Assembly: GCF_009914755.1 (NCBI RefSeq)
Contig: NC_060930.1
Source: the human T2T-CHM13v2.0 reference genome, Homo sapiens
Strand: one strand, 5' to 3'
Length of the DNA: 64,000 nt
In this document: positions 1 through 14,018 of the stretch, in pieces
Layout: every line of letters begins with the position of its first letter
How positions within the stretch are numbered: the first letter of the stretch is position 1
Position numbers and translations under genes: made by a program
Notes under the pieces: generated by a model
What the model saw: the letters and a program-made list of their open reading frames with translations, nothing else
What the model was told of the DNA's origin: nothing
The model's database searches: none

Positions 1-18
1 CCTTGCTACTCAGTACCT

Positions 19-180
19 TGCTACTCAGGGTGTGGTCACAGACGAGTAGCATCAATATCGCATAAACAGCTGACTCAAAATGCTGATTCTCAGGCCCTGC
101 TCCAAACCTAAGGAACAAGAATCTGCATTTGAATAAGATCCCCGGATGATGTGTTTGCACACTAAGTCTTAAGGGCACTG
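19..180. mobile_element. MER5A-type hAT-Charlie DNA transposon
   Basis: tgctactcagggtgtggtc...gaatctgcatttgaataagatcccc...gcactg. Confidence 0.7.
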
Positions 181-426
181 GCGAGAGGCAAGCAAATCAA
201 ATCTCAGTTTTCCAATTTGTAAAGAAGAATCTCTTTCTCATAGAACTGTTGTATGGATTAAGTAAAACAATGTCCTCTGGTAACTGTGAAGCATTTTGTT
301 GATTGGAGCTATATCATGCTGGTTCACTCACTGTCCCTGCAAACCCATGCACCTTTACGCATCTGAACCTTCCGGCTGCCTGGAACATTTCCTTCCTTTC
401 CCTCTAAGTATTTGAATTACACCTGT

Positions 427-1160
427 CTGTCTTGGGCTGAATTGTGTCCCCACAAGAGATTCATATGTTAAAGTACCAACCTGCAGTACCAGAGTGTGAG
501 TGTATTTGGAGACAGGATCACTAAAGAGATAATTAAGGTTAAATGAGGTCATTATGGTGAGCCCTAATCCACTACGACTGTGTCCCTATAAGAAGAGGAG
601 ATGAGAACACAGACCCAGAGGGATGACCACGTGAGGACACAGAGAGAAGATGCCATCTCCAAGCAAAGGAGAGAGACCTCAGGAAACACCAACCCTGCCC
701 ATACCTGGCTCTCAGACTTCTGAACTCCAAAACTGTGAAGTGATACATTTCCTGCAGTTAACCCCCTCTCCCCCTGACCCTGTCTGGGGTACAGTAGTCC
801 CCCTTATCTGCCATTTCACTTTCCTTGGTGGTCAACCATGGTCCAGAAATATTAAATGGAAACTTCCAGATATAAATAATATCTGAGTCTTAAATTGCAC
901 ACTGTTCTGTGTAGCATGTCACAATCTGCCACCGTTCCTCTCCTGCCTGGGATGTCAATTTCCCTTTGTCCTCGGTCTCCATGCCATTGATGCTACCCTC
1001 TTGTTAGTCACTTGGGAGCCATCTAGGTGATTAGATAAAAAAACAGCACATATAAGATTCGATATTATCATTGGTTTTGACATCCACTGGGGGTCTTGGA
1101 ATGCATCTCCCTGGCATAGAGGGGTACTGCTGACTTTTATTAGGGCAGCCCTAGCAAACT
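427..1160 (+). mobile_element. MLT1 (MLT1B-like) MaLR LTR interrupted by MER44
   Basis: gggctgaattgtgtcccc...ggtgagccctaatcc...gcagccctagcaaact. Confidence 0.75.
792..1132. mobile_element. MER44-type (TcMar-Tigger) MITE
   Basis: Terminal inverted repeats cagtagtcccccttatc / atagaggggtactgctg; 341 bp; preceded by TA. Confidence 0.78.
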
Positions 1161-1749
1161 GCCACATTCTATTCCCTTGTTCCAGCTCAAATGCTCCATT
1201 CTCCACCCTCCTGGATCCCCCTGCCCAGTGCTGCATGACTGCAGTGGGTGGGTTTTTACTGAAATTGACACACATACATTGCCATACATCTTCAAATATG
1301 TATTATTATTCTGGAGGCTGGGAAAATTCTATTCAATGCCTACCCTATCTGCCTGTGAATATCAGTGAATCAATATATACTTGTTGATTGATTGGTTTAA
1401 AGAAGAGTACAACTCAGGACTTCATATTCCCAGTCAAGGCTGCCAGCTAGTGTATGAAGATACTTCTGCCTCTAGATAAGCAAAGCAGATTTTGCATTCA
1501 GCCTGCATTGAACATATATTGGCACTGGTCTCATGATATATTACAGATGTTCTGCATATAAGTTTAATTTGCAGTATCCCAAACTGTGGGAATAAATGAA
1601 TTGTAATACCTTGCCTTTGAATTTGCTTTGAAAATTTTTAACTCCTTATCTTATTCGACCTCCCAGCTCTACTCCAATGTGAAATAAGAAAATATGTTAT
1701 TGTTCCTACATGAAAGAGAAAACCTGAGGTTCAGAAAGGTCAAGAGGCT

Positions 1750-1965
1750 GACATGGTGACTATAGTTAGTAACAATGGATTGCTCTCTTAGAAATTGCTA
1801 AGAGAGTAGATTTAAATGTTCTGACCACAGAAAATGCTAAGTATGTGAAGTAATGCATTTGTGAATTAGCTCGACTTAGCCATTCCACAATGTATACATA
1901 CATATTTCAAAATGTCATGTTGTATATGACAAATATATGCAATTTTAATTTGTCAATTAAAAAAC
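1750..1965 (+). mobile_element. 5'-truncated L1MA-type 3' end with 18-bp TSD, inserted in a MIR
   Basis: aattgctaagagagtagattt...ttagccattccacaatgtata...caattaaaaaa; flanked by cagaaaggtcaagaggct at 1732-1749 and 1966-1983. Confidence 0.82.
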
Positions 1966-4528
1966 CAGAAAGGTCAAGAGGCTTAGCCAAGGACACTAGC
2001 TAGCTAGTAGAGTCTTACATGGCAAATAGGAGGCTCCTGGAGCTCGGATAGTAAACCAGACCTGCGATGATGTCGTCAATGAGTGGTCTTCATAGAAGAG
2101 AGAAGAAAAGGCCCTTCTCCACCCCTGTAAAAAAAGGAAAACCCAGAGCTTGCATATGAACAAGCCAGAAACCTTATTTTTCAGTTCTCTATACAGCAAA
2201 TTCTTAGATTTAAAACCCAAAATTGAAAGCAATCTCCATAGAATTTCTCTGGGGAGAAATGACCTACTTCAGCTTATATTCCTCCCTGTAGTTGCTCTGA
2301 GCCTTGGGAATTACCTTGTCCATGTATTTTCATTCAGAATGAATGCTTTAATATATTTCTTTAATCATCTGTTGCATCAGAGAATATTGTTTCATGCATA
2401 TTAAAGACTTGAGCATGTAATAGAACAGTGTTCTGACTAATAAATGCGCTCAAAGCATGTCACTAGTCTTATTGCTTTTCTTAGCTTCAGGATAGATGTG
2501 TTTTATTTGGAAAATAATGATGATGATGATGATAGTGCTTCTGCTAAACAAAGGGAATTATTTTATTTTAAAATGGTGTCATGACCCTGTACAGGTCATT
2601 ATTCTTTTGAAGGAGTCAACCTTTTGCCTTATTTCCAAAGTGTTTTATTCCCCATTCAGGCAAATTAATCAGTGAGTATTAGGAACTTTCTACATGCCTG
2701 GCATAAGACTGTGCAGAAGTACAAAGATGCGCTTTCTATCTAGAAAATCTTCCAGTCTGATTTGGCTATAAACGACCTTCAGAAAATACATAAAGGTACA
2801 ACTCACTTGCTCTAGGAAAAGAGAGAAGGGAAAGGGGTTTATAGAGAGATAAAGGTTGAATGAGATTTTTATTAAAAAGAAAGATTGGGATGCTTTGACA
2901 AAAGGATTTCAGGCAAGAAGGAAAAATATAAATGAAGGCACATTATTGGTATGAGTTCCATAAACATGCACCGTTCCACTCATCTTCATCACTTAGATAA
3001 AAGACACAGTCCCTGTTCTAGAGTTAAAGGTCACACATACAGTGCAACAAATACCATACTAGAGCTAAACATGGCGTGCTAATTGATCTCAGAGGAAGGC
3101 TGTATGACACAGTGGAGGAAAAATAAGAGGACAACAAAAAGCGTATGCACCTAAGAGGAATCTTAAAACAAGAAGAGATTAGCCAGAGCAAGTAGGAGGG
3201 AAGGCCATTCTGTGCAGAGGGAATCATTTGGTGAGGGTGCGGAGGAAAGAGAAGAGACACACTTCTCCAGTGCCTCGGTTTGGCTGGAGGGAGGTTTGTG
3301 TGCCAGGGGACAGTGAGTGATGAGGTTGGAGACACAGGCAGGGGTGAGGCTGGGGAGAAGTTGGCAAATCATACTAAGGAAATCTGATTTTACTCTGAAA
3401 GCAACATGGAACGAATATCACACTCAAAGAACAGCAAGAAGGAAGAGGGTCCGGTAGGAGCACAAGCTTCCGTGGAGGAAAATAAAAGGGGTGGAGGGTG
3501 AGGGGAGGTAAGAGAAGGCTTTACTTGTCTTTCATGAGAAGTTTGGATTTGACCGGAGAGGTAATGAGACGTCAGTGTAGGTTTGTGTTCTTGTTCTGGT
3601 TTTGTGTGTGTGTGTGAGAGAGAGACTCATGTTGGCATGAGTCTCACATACATGATGATATGCAGTCAAAATAATCACACCAGATTGTATGAATGGGGGC
3701 AAAGTCATACTCTCTGATTTAGCAAACATCAGTAAATGACGACAGGCAGAAAATTAAGGTTATGCCCTTAATGAGCTCAGTGAATGACAATCTTTCTCAA
3801 ATAATGGGTTTTGTCCCAATTTATGATGTGTTTAAATTCCTTATATAAAATAACTTGTACTAAAGTAAATCTGAACATTGTAACTGGTATTTTAAAAAGT
3901 TTTTTAAGTCTCTACTTACAGATTAAAAAATCTTAGAGAGTTGCTTTAAACTGGCACTATAACTGCGAAAAGTCCATGAACATTGTCTTCCTTTCTGGAT
4001 TTCAATCAATCAAGAATATTTGGATGGTTTTTAACAATAAGGTAATAGAAAATGGAAATGTACAAGAGAGACTAGGAATGGAATATTTCATTGTGACCCT
4101 ACAGCATGATTCTGAAAATAAATTCAGACCATCTTGCCATTCAGTTTACCAGCCTGCCTTAAAGCTTTTCTATACAAATGCCTTGGGGATGGATAATGTA
4201 ACTAGTGGCAAATTTCTTTATTACTTCAGGATTTACTGGTGAAAATGAAATATACTGTTTTAGAGATTTTATACATTACAGGAATAAGTACATAAATTTT
4301 GTCAATATGGATCTTCTTACAACATAGGAGTGGGGTCTGAATATGATGAATATGATGAAAGATGAGACATTAGAATCTAACAGGCTTATGAAACAGAAAA
4401 CTTATTTTCAGGGTATCTTAATGATTAAGGTAAAATGAAAAATAATCTAAACTGCCTAAAAAGTGTATATAATGTAAAATTTATAGAACTTTTTAAAAAC
4501 ATAGTACTTAAGAATTTAGAAAAAGCAT

Positions 4529-4815
4529 GGCTGGGCGCGGTGGCTCACACCTGTAATCCCAGCACTTTGGGAGGCTGAGGCAGGTGGATAGCTTGAGGCC
4601 AGGAGTTCGAAACCAATCTGGCCAACATCGTGTAACCCTGTCTCCACTAAAAATACAAAAACCGGCGTGGTGATGCATGCCTGTAATCTCAGCTACTCAG
4701 GAGGCTGAGGCATGAGAATCGCTGGAACTCAGGAAGTAGTGGAGGTTGCAGTGAGCCGAGATCACACCACTGCACTCCAGCCTTGGTGACAGAGCAAGAC
4801 TCGGTCACAGAAGAA
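4529..4815 (+). mobile_element. AluS
   Basis: ggctgggcgcggtggctcac dimer; TSD aagaatttagaaaaagca at 4510-4527 and 4816-4833. Confidence 0.95.
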
Positions 4816-5207
4816 AAGAATTTAGAAAAAGCAGTTGAGATGTCACAATATTTGATGAAATCTCCAAAGAAATGGTTGGAAAAAATAATACAAAAGGTGG
4901 AGGCATAGGAAAGTGTTAGTAAATGGTATTTCTGAAATAAATACAAGAGGTAAACATAAACATGTTCAATTTGTTCTAGGTTGTTAGAAAAATCTGGCAA
5001 TAAGTGTTATGGTGGAAGGAAGCACATGCAAATATAGATATTACACTCTAATAATGTTTAAAAATGCTGATACTGGAGAACAATGATAAACTTTAAAAGA
5101 TACATAATATCAGTTCTGGAGATACGTTTGTTATCTCTCTCATTAGAGGCGCCTTGCATGTGAGTTTAGAAAACATTTTTACAATACACTGCACAGTCCT
5201 GCTCATT

Positions 5208-5605
5208 GTATCAGTCTGCTGGGGTTGCCATAATGGAATACTGTGGTGGCTAAAGCCTGAGTGGCTAAACCAAAAGACATTTATTTTTTCACAGTTCTGG
5301 AGGATGGAAGTCCAAGATCAAGGTGCCAGGGTTTGTTTCTGGGAGCGCTCTCTTCCTGGGATACCTTCTTGTTGGATCTTCACATGGGCTTTCCTCTGTG
5401 TGCATGTGGGGAGGGAGAAAGCTCTCTGATGTCTCTTTCTCTTCTTACAAGGACACCAATCCTATCAAATTAAGTCCACGTCCTTATGACCTCATTTAAC
5501 CTTTATCACCTTCTCCCAGACCCCACCTATCTCTAGGTAGTAGGAGTTAAGGCTTCAGCATATAAATTTTGCCGGTGAGGTATGGGGGGAACCATTCAGT
5601 TCATT
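5208..5605 (-). mobile_element. MLT1A-like MaLR LTR
   Basis: cacagttctggaggatggaagtccaagatcaaggtg...ccttatgacctcatttaacct. Confidence 0.75.
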
Positions 5606-7626
5606 CACTCATCAATGTCAACTCTTTTATTAAAAGTCTAAGACATTTTCTTCTGCTGCTGTATTTAAGCCTAAATATTTTTAGTCACATAAATCCTTAC
5701 ACCAGGTATCACTTGTAAACCCCAGGTGCATTTATAAAACTATCAGCAACACAGAAATAGTCTTTGGAGATAAAGTAGCATTCTAATAAAGCAGTGGATA
5801 TGGATATGAAATCTAAGCTGGGTCTCCCAGACAGAGAAGTGTAGTAAAGGAGAGAGATACAGCTAGACAGATGTGGGAATCAGAAGCAAGGCGAGAGCTG
5901 AGGAAACCCTGTTCAGACTTGTTTCTTCAGGAAGAACAACAGACTTGGCATTGAAAAGCTCACTTTTGTTATTTTTTCTGTCTAGAGCTTTTAAGTGGGA
6001 AAATGTGTTTCACAGAAGGCAGCTCAGCTGAGAATCAGAAATCCCAGGCCAGTCCTGCCAATAACTCAGAGTGAGACCTAGACAGTTTGCATAATCTCCA
6101 GAGCCCTCAATTTCCTCTTCTATAAAGTGAGGTATAGATCACTATAAGAGTGCATTTTAACAGTCTGATTTCTATGACTCTAGGACTTACTTCTGAAGAA
6201 TGTATACACTGGTTCCAATGTTTCTAGAACACTTCTGTATAGCACATGAAAACCTTCCCCTCCGCAATGCCGGTAGCTCTGTAATGCCAACGCTTATGCA
6301 CAAATTTATTAAACTCTCAAGTACAATCTGGAAACCACTACAATCTGAGAAGTAGTGAAGAAGAAAAACGTAGTATAAAATCCAAGTAAGTGGCCTTATT
6401 TCCATGGTGCCATTATGTAGTTAGCTTGTTTATTTAGAAGTAGTTTAGTTTTAATTACCCCAATACTGTTTCTGTAATGCTCATGTTAAAAAGGATAGAC
6501 TAAATTCAAGCTTTATGCGTTCAGGATAGAATGTTTCCTTTACCAGCATTAGAGTTTTATTTAGCAAATGCTGTTTTTAGTTTATTAGACAATTCAAAAT
6601 ATGTCCACTTACATGGGACATGCCATATTGTTGTCACAGACAGACTTCATATCACTATATGGCTATCATTCATACTTTAGAGGAGAGATTCCAAATATGG
6701 CATCCATTTATGGCAGGTGTTAATCAAATTGCATGCCTTAGTGAATCTTTCTCAGAGAATCCTTTTCTTTCTCTGAAGATCATTTACCATAGCCCTCATC
6801 AGTCAATATTATCAATGGGTGGTTCCTTAATACGAGTAAGACCAATTCTCCTATTCTGAGCTTCTTGGTGAGTTGGACATCTGTGTGACTTCTGGGGTCA
6901 TGTAGACTTAAAAGCTGGAGTCTCATTTTGGGACATTCTTGATTGAAAGGGAGCAGAGAAAGCTGCTCTGCAGGAAAGAAAACAAGAGGGAAGCAAGAAG
7001 CACTCATAGGAACAGAAGGAACACAGGATCTTCCTGGAATCCTGATTGCTGTCTTTGTCTTTCTTCTGGTCCCCTGGGAGGCCAATCTGCAATCACTGCT
7101 CTTAGATTCTTCTAAGAGCTACTGCAATGCCCTGGTAATAAATTCGCCTCCCACCTCGCTCACCCCCCACCAGCACCCACCAAAACTACTTGAAGGTGAC
7201 TTTGTAGCACTTGTACTCAACAATCCCTTTATCACCATTCTTCATCTTGGCAGACCACCCTAGAATTTAACCAAATTTTTATTACATTTTTTTTTCCAGC
7301 CAGTGTCTTTTTATTTGTCCCTCCCCAAAGCAATACTATATAGTATGCTCATTATTATGATAATCTGGCCAAGTGTGGCCATAGACTGAATTTTAGTGAG
7401 CTTCTAACCCCAGTTAGTAATGTGGCACAATTTCCAACAAATATGTGCCACTGGCTAAAAAGGAGGGGCTGAGTTTTAGAACACATATATCACTACAAAT
7501 CTATCACCAGAAATCCAACTGGAAATGCCTAATGAATATAGGTTGTAGTGTCAGTACAAGAAATGAATTATGTTACTTGCCATATCTGCCTTATTTATTA
7601 AATAATTGATTCCCACAAATGCTTAA

Positions 7627-7812
7627 CAGTGATTCCCAAACCTCAACAAAGACAGAACTACTGAAGGAAGCTTTTTAAATATAAATTCCTAGGCCTATCC
7701 CAGGAACTATGAAATAAGAACCTGTGGGAGGTGGGGTCTGGGAATCTATTTATTTGTACATTTATGATTCTCCAGGCCATTTTGAAGATCAATCATGTTG
7801 AAAGACCACTGT
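7627..7812. mobile_element. MER5-type DNA transposon
   Basis: cagtgattcccaaac...ggtggggtctgggaatct...gaccactg. Confidence 0.6.
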
Positions 7813-7864
7813 TCTAGTATATATAATGTCCAGGAGGAAACTTGTAACTGAAATTCAAACTCCA

Positions 7865-9750
7865 ATCAATATAGAAAAATCAATTGTATTTCTACATACC
7901 AGCAATGAACAATCGGAAATTAAAATTTCAAAAAGTACAATCTATAATAGCCTTCAAAACATGAAATCTAACAACATGTGCAAGATATATATGCTGGAAT
8001 ATTGTTGAATCTGTATATTCAACAATATATTGATGAAAGAAATCAAAGACCTAAATAAATGAATATTTATACAATATTCAGGGATTGGCAAATTTAATAT
8101 AAAGATGTCAATTCTCATTAATCTATAATCTTATATAGAGAGATCTATAATTTCAACTCCATCCCAAGCAAAATCTCAGAAGCAATTTTTAAAAAGAAAT
8201 TGACAAGCTGATTCTAAATTGTACAAGACAAAGGAACTAGAATAGCCTAAACAATCTTGAAAAAGCAGAAAAGGGAAGGACTCACATTACCTGATTTTAA
8301 GACTTATTATAAAGCTACAATAACCAGACAGTGCAGTGATGGCAAAATGACAGACACAGAGATGAATGAAACAGAGTAGAGAGTTCAGAAGTAGACCCAT
8401 GCATGAAGAGTCAGTTGATTTTTACAAAAATGCAGGGACAATTTAGTGAGAAAGGAATGTTTTTGAAACAAATGATGCTGGAACAATTGAATATCCATAT
8501 GCAAAATAATGAACTTTGACCCATACTTCACATTATATGGAAACATTAACTCAAAAAGTATAATAGACCTAAATGTAAAAGTTAAATAATTTCTAAATTA
8601 TTTGATGATTAGATTTGTCTTCTAAAAAACAATTCTAGAAGAAAACATAGAAGAAAAATGTCATGGTCTTGGGTAAAAATATTTCTTGGAGATGATAAAA
8701 ATCATGATCTACAAAAGAAAAACATGATAAACTAGACTACATCAAAATTAAAATTAAAAGCTTCTGCTTTTTGAAGAACATGCTTATGAAAAATGAAAAG
8801 CCATACACTGGGAGAAAATATTTGGAAAACATTTGTAAAAATATTTGCAAAATATGTATCTGATTAAAAAAAACTTGCATGCAGAATATATCAAGAATGC
8901 CTAAAAATCAATAATGAGGAAATAACTCAGTTAACAAAGAGGTAAGGATTTGAACAAAGACTTTACCAAAAAAGATATACAGATGGACAATAAACACATG
9001 AAAAATACTCAACATCATATTTATTAGGGAAATGCATATGAAAACAACGAGATGATACCATTGTATACCTATCAGAATGGCTAAGATATAAAAACTTTCT
9101 AATATCAAGTGTTGGTAAGGGTGCTGAGCAACTGGAACCCTCACACATGGTTGAAGGGAATGCCACTCAGGAAAACAGTTTGGAAGCTTCTGATAAAGTG
9201 AAACACACGACATGAAAATCCCACTCCTAGGTATTTAAGGGAAATGAAACATGTTCACATAAAAACCTATTTATAAATGTTTATAGCAACTTTATTTGTA
9301 ATCACCAAAATTGGAAACACCCCAAATGTTCATCAACAGGCAAAATGATAAACTGCAATACATTCGTACAATGAAATACTACTCAGCAATGAAAAGGGAC
9401 ATGCCACTGATACATGATGTGATATGGATGAATTTCAAATGCCTTATGCTAAATGAAAGAAGCCAGGCTCAAAAGGCCAGACACACTCTTTGATTCTATT
9501 TTATATGACATTCTGGAAAATGCAAAACTACAGAAGCAGAAACCATATCATTGGTTTCCAGGAGCTGATTGGATAGAAAGGTTGATTACAAAGGGACAAG
9601 GATCTTACAGTACTCAGTCCTTTGTAGTGATGAGGCTATATGTTATACTGCTGTGTGTGTTTGTCAAAGTCCATAGAATTTTATGTGAAAAACAGTGATT
9701 TTACTAAATTATGCCTATATCTCAATAAACCTGTCTAAAAAGAAAAACAC
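7865..9750 (+). mobile_element. Old L1 (L1MC/MD-like): 3' half of ORF2 and 3' UTR
   Basis: aaaaatcaattgtatttctacataccagcaatgaac; gaaattgacaagctgattct; tactactcagcaatgaaaagg; ends ctcaataaa plus an A-rich tail. Confidence 0.88.
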
Positions 9751-11073
9751 AATAAAAAGCAAAGTTCCAGTTTGGTGTGTCAAGGGATATGTACTTTGCT
9801 TTCAGGTTGATCCTTTCTAAGAATCAAATTCTTTTTCCCCCTTGCAAATGACTAAGGTAACAAACGGTCTGCCAGTGTCCCCTAATGTGGAAATCTGAGA
9901 GGACAGTATGCTGTGTGCCACTCCATTTGCTGTTGTGATGGGCTTTAGACATCTACTATTATTTATTACACAGGTTTAGGATATAATGTGGAGGTCACCT
10001 TCCAGCTGCAGTGAGATATTAACAGACTGGGATTGATGGTGGAGAGGAAGACCATTGTTAACGTTTCTGCTATATATCAGAAAACCTGTTTATGTTTTGT
10101 TTGTATATGTTTCTGTAAACATTCTGTAAACATGTTGAAGTAAACATTCAACAATCCTATAGATAATGATTTTGGGGAAATTTCAATTAAAAAAATCTAG
10201 GATCTAACTAAAATGCTAAGTTGCACACCAATTATTATACTTAAAATGGGCATAGTTAAGGGTTTCTCAGCCATTTGCCCTCTGTATACATTTGCAACAG
10301 AATCTTCACAAAGAGGGAGGAACGTTTATGATCTCGGGGGCACCTGTGTGCTACCTCTAATCAGGTATTATGCTAAAAGAAAATACTAGCTAATCTCCGG
10401 AATGGCATCAAACTTTCCAATATTTGGAAGTATGTGATGAATACAAAAGAGTTGAGGAATACAAATTGAATTATTAAAAAGTTATATTCAACATATTTAA
10501 TTTCCAGAATTTGCCATCTCCTAATAGGACCTCAGAGACGTTAAATGATTTGTCCCCAACTGGTAAGTGACAGGAATATTTTAAACTCAGGTCTTCTGAC
10601 TCTAAGGCGAGTGCAGATTATATTGCTTTACTTTTTCTCTGAAAAGTTCACAAATGTATAAGCCATGATGGTGTGGTAAATCACACCAGGAGATGCCAGC
10701 AGTATTTCTTCTCTAGACTCTAGTGCTGAGAAGTTGAATACAACAATCTTTAAATTAATTCTTACTTGGCATTCTATTATCATTAGATTGATTTAACTCA
10801 GCCACATTTTTAATATTTCAAAGATAGAAGATATATGGCACCCGATTTCATCTTCTGATTTTTTTTAGAATACTCTATAAATGAAGAAGGAAAATACTTA
10901 GTAACGTTTTTCACCAGCACATAAAATTCCTTTCTCTTGCCTTCCATGGCACCAGCCTCCTAGCCCTCTCTTTCCACTTGTCTTTAAGCCCCTTTGCTTG
11001 CCCATTGGAGGCTGTTTCCCAGAGTTCTGTCCTGAGGTCTCCTTTCTTCCCAGTGTACATGACGCCTCCTCGG

Positions 11074-12275
11074 TGAGGAGAGCAAAGATCACCTGGTGAC
11101 CATCAAGCAGGCCACCTGAAGACAAAACTCCTTATCTGAGGAATTTAGAAGTAATTATGAAGCGGCTTCCTTGTCTGGGGTAAATACCCGAGATTCGTTG
11201 TCTTATGGCCACGGAAAACTAGGATGTGGGCACACAAAGAGTGCAGTTAGAGCAGAAGTTTAATAGGCGAAAGAAAGAAAAGATCTCTGTGCAGAGAAAA
11301 GTCCCAGAGAAAACGGGTTGTGGCTTCCGCAGTGGAATACAGGTTTTACAGAGGAGCTTGAGGGGACAGTGTTTGATTTACATAGGGCACCAAAGATTGG
11401 TCAGACCAGGTGTCTCATATGCATAGCACATGAAGAAACTGGCTGCCCCCACCCTAATCTTTTATTATGCAGATGAGCTCTCTACCCGGCTGGCGCCATG
11501 TTGCCTGGTTCTTTACTGTACACGTGGTGACGAAGAAAGGGAAGATGGAGCCTCCATGTTGAACATGCCTGGCCCTCAGGTAGCCCTTTTCTATTGGCGC
11601 GGCTGCTGGCATTCACCAGTGCAAGTTTCCAGCTTGCTTATCTATGTCTGCAGCTCGATTTTTCAGGCTGGTCTTTGTTGTTAGAAAAGAAATAATTTTG
11701 AGGTGCTTTTTGTTAAAAGGGAAATTCCGCCAAGGACTCTGTTGTCCTTACTATCTGCCTAAATAATTTCTTTCTATCTCCTGTATCAATTAGACTTCCC
11801 TATTATCTAAAGTTGGCGTCTGGTACAAAGCTTCTTTTGTACCAGATAGAAGTTACTTATAAACTCTAGTTACTTATAAATTTATTTTATTTACTTATAA
11901 ATTTATAAGTAACTAGAATTTCTGTACATCTCCAGAATACGTGCATGCTGAACGCATTGTGCCAACCTGGCTGGCATTAAGCACAAAAATGTCTACAAAT
12001 GTAATCATTTATCTAATGATACTAATGGGCTAATATGGTCCAAATTACCTTCAGCTCCGGCTTTAAGGTCCATAAATACCCCTGAGGAAGGATCCACTGT
12101 GTTGCACTCAGTCCTCTCTTGCTGAGGTGCTCCGCTGCAGCTGCACTCTTCGACAGCGTTCTTTCTACCTAATAAACCTTTCCTTTTCCAGTCCTATACG
12201 GTCAGTGGTAAATTCTTCTTACCAACCCACCAGTCAACCACCTTTTGATGTTGGAGCTCTGACACCTTGCCTGGC
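11074..12275 (+). mobile_element. Solo LTR (LTR47/MER72-like, family uncertain) hosting a second LTR
   Basis: Begins TGAGGAGAGCAAAGATCACCTGGTGACC; continues across the insert (gtaatta|gacttccc); TATA-like cataaata and AATAAA near the 3' end; flanks are L2-like. Confidence 0.7.
11158..11788 (-). mobile_element. MER50-like ERV1 solo LTR
   Basis: Minus strand TGATACAGGAGATAGAAAGAAATTATTTAGGCAGATAG...GCCGCTTCA; 4-bp TSD ATTA at 11154-11157 and 11789-11792. Confidence 0.8.
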
Positions 12276-13379
12276 TCTGGGTGATTGCTTTCACTCAATT
12301 CATCTGTAGACCGATGACTTCATCTCTGGTACAGACCATTCTGACCTGCAGAACCATAGATTCCATTTCTTCTTAGTGGACAGTTCTGTCTGAATGACCA
12401 CAGAGAACTCAATCTCAACATGCCCCAATTGAATTTAGCTGCCTTCACTATGCTCTGCTCTCTGCCTTTCCCATCTGCCCACTCTCCCCTAAATTTCCAG
12501 TGTCATAAATTTAATGACATCATAACTGAGCTGGGAGTCATGCTCAAGTGCTTTCCCTCTTCACATCCGAGTATCCATCTAGGCTTATTGTTCTGCCTGC
12601 ATTCTCTCTCTCAAAGTCTTCTCTGGATATTCCTTCAATACAACTCTCATCAAGTTTAATCTGCATTATTCTAGTTCATCTCCTCACTAGTCCCCCCAGC
12701 TTTGTCCCTGTCTCATTCCTGAGGGATACTGCTGAATCATGTTACTTCCAGCCAAAGGCCTTACAATAGCTTCGTACTCCCAAAGAACCAAATGCAAACT
12801 CCAAGGCCCCCCTGCTTCCATCTGCAGCCGAACCCTAATTGAAATCTGTTTCAGCTGCACCAAACTACCTGCAGCTATCTAAACACCCTTTGCTGTTAAT
12901 CATCTGCAATTATATGCCTAAGCTGCTCACTCCGCCCAACCTTTTAGTGCTGGCTTGTTAGATCTTTGCCTTTAATGTCCTTGTCATTATGGATTTGTGT
13001 ATCTTTTAATATTTAAAATGATTTTCTTTTATTATTGCCTTTTACTCCCTGAATTTTTCACAATGAACAAGCAAATCATTTTTAAGGGGAACATCTAACA
13101 TTTATTAAAATACCTAGGTGAACAGGGAATGGCTTTCTCCTTTTTCTACTTTATGATAAAATCCAGATGAATGTAGGAATCGTAAAACTTCAAAAAAGTT
13201 ATTGTTGTTTTAGGTCTATTCATATGTGCAAGGTTTTCAATTTTACGAATAACTCATACCATTTTGGGGCAAGTTTTGGGGCTGAGGGTTTACACCCATA
13301 CCTCCACTAAGAGAACCGGGTATTCCTTTCCTGCTGTGTAGGTGTTTTCATCCCTTTCTTTTTAATAAAATAATTAAGG

Positions 13380-14018
<639 letters not shown>

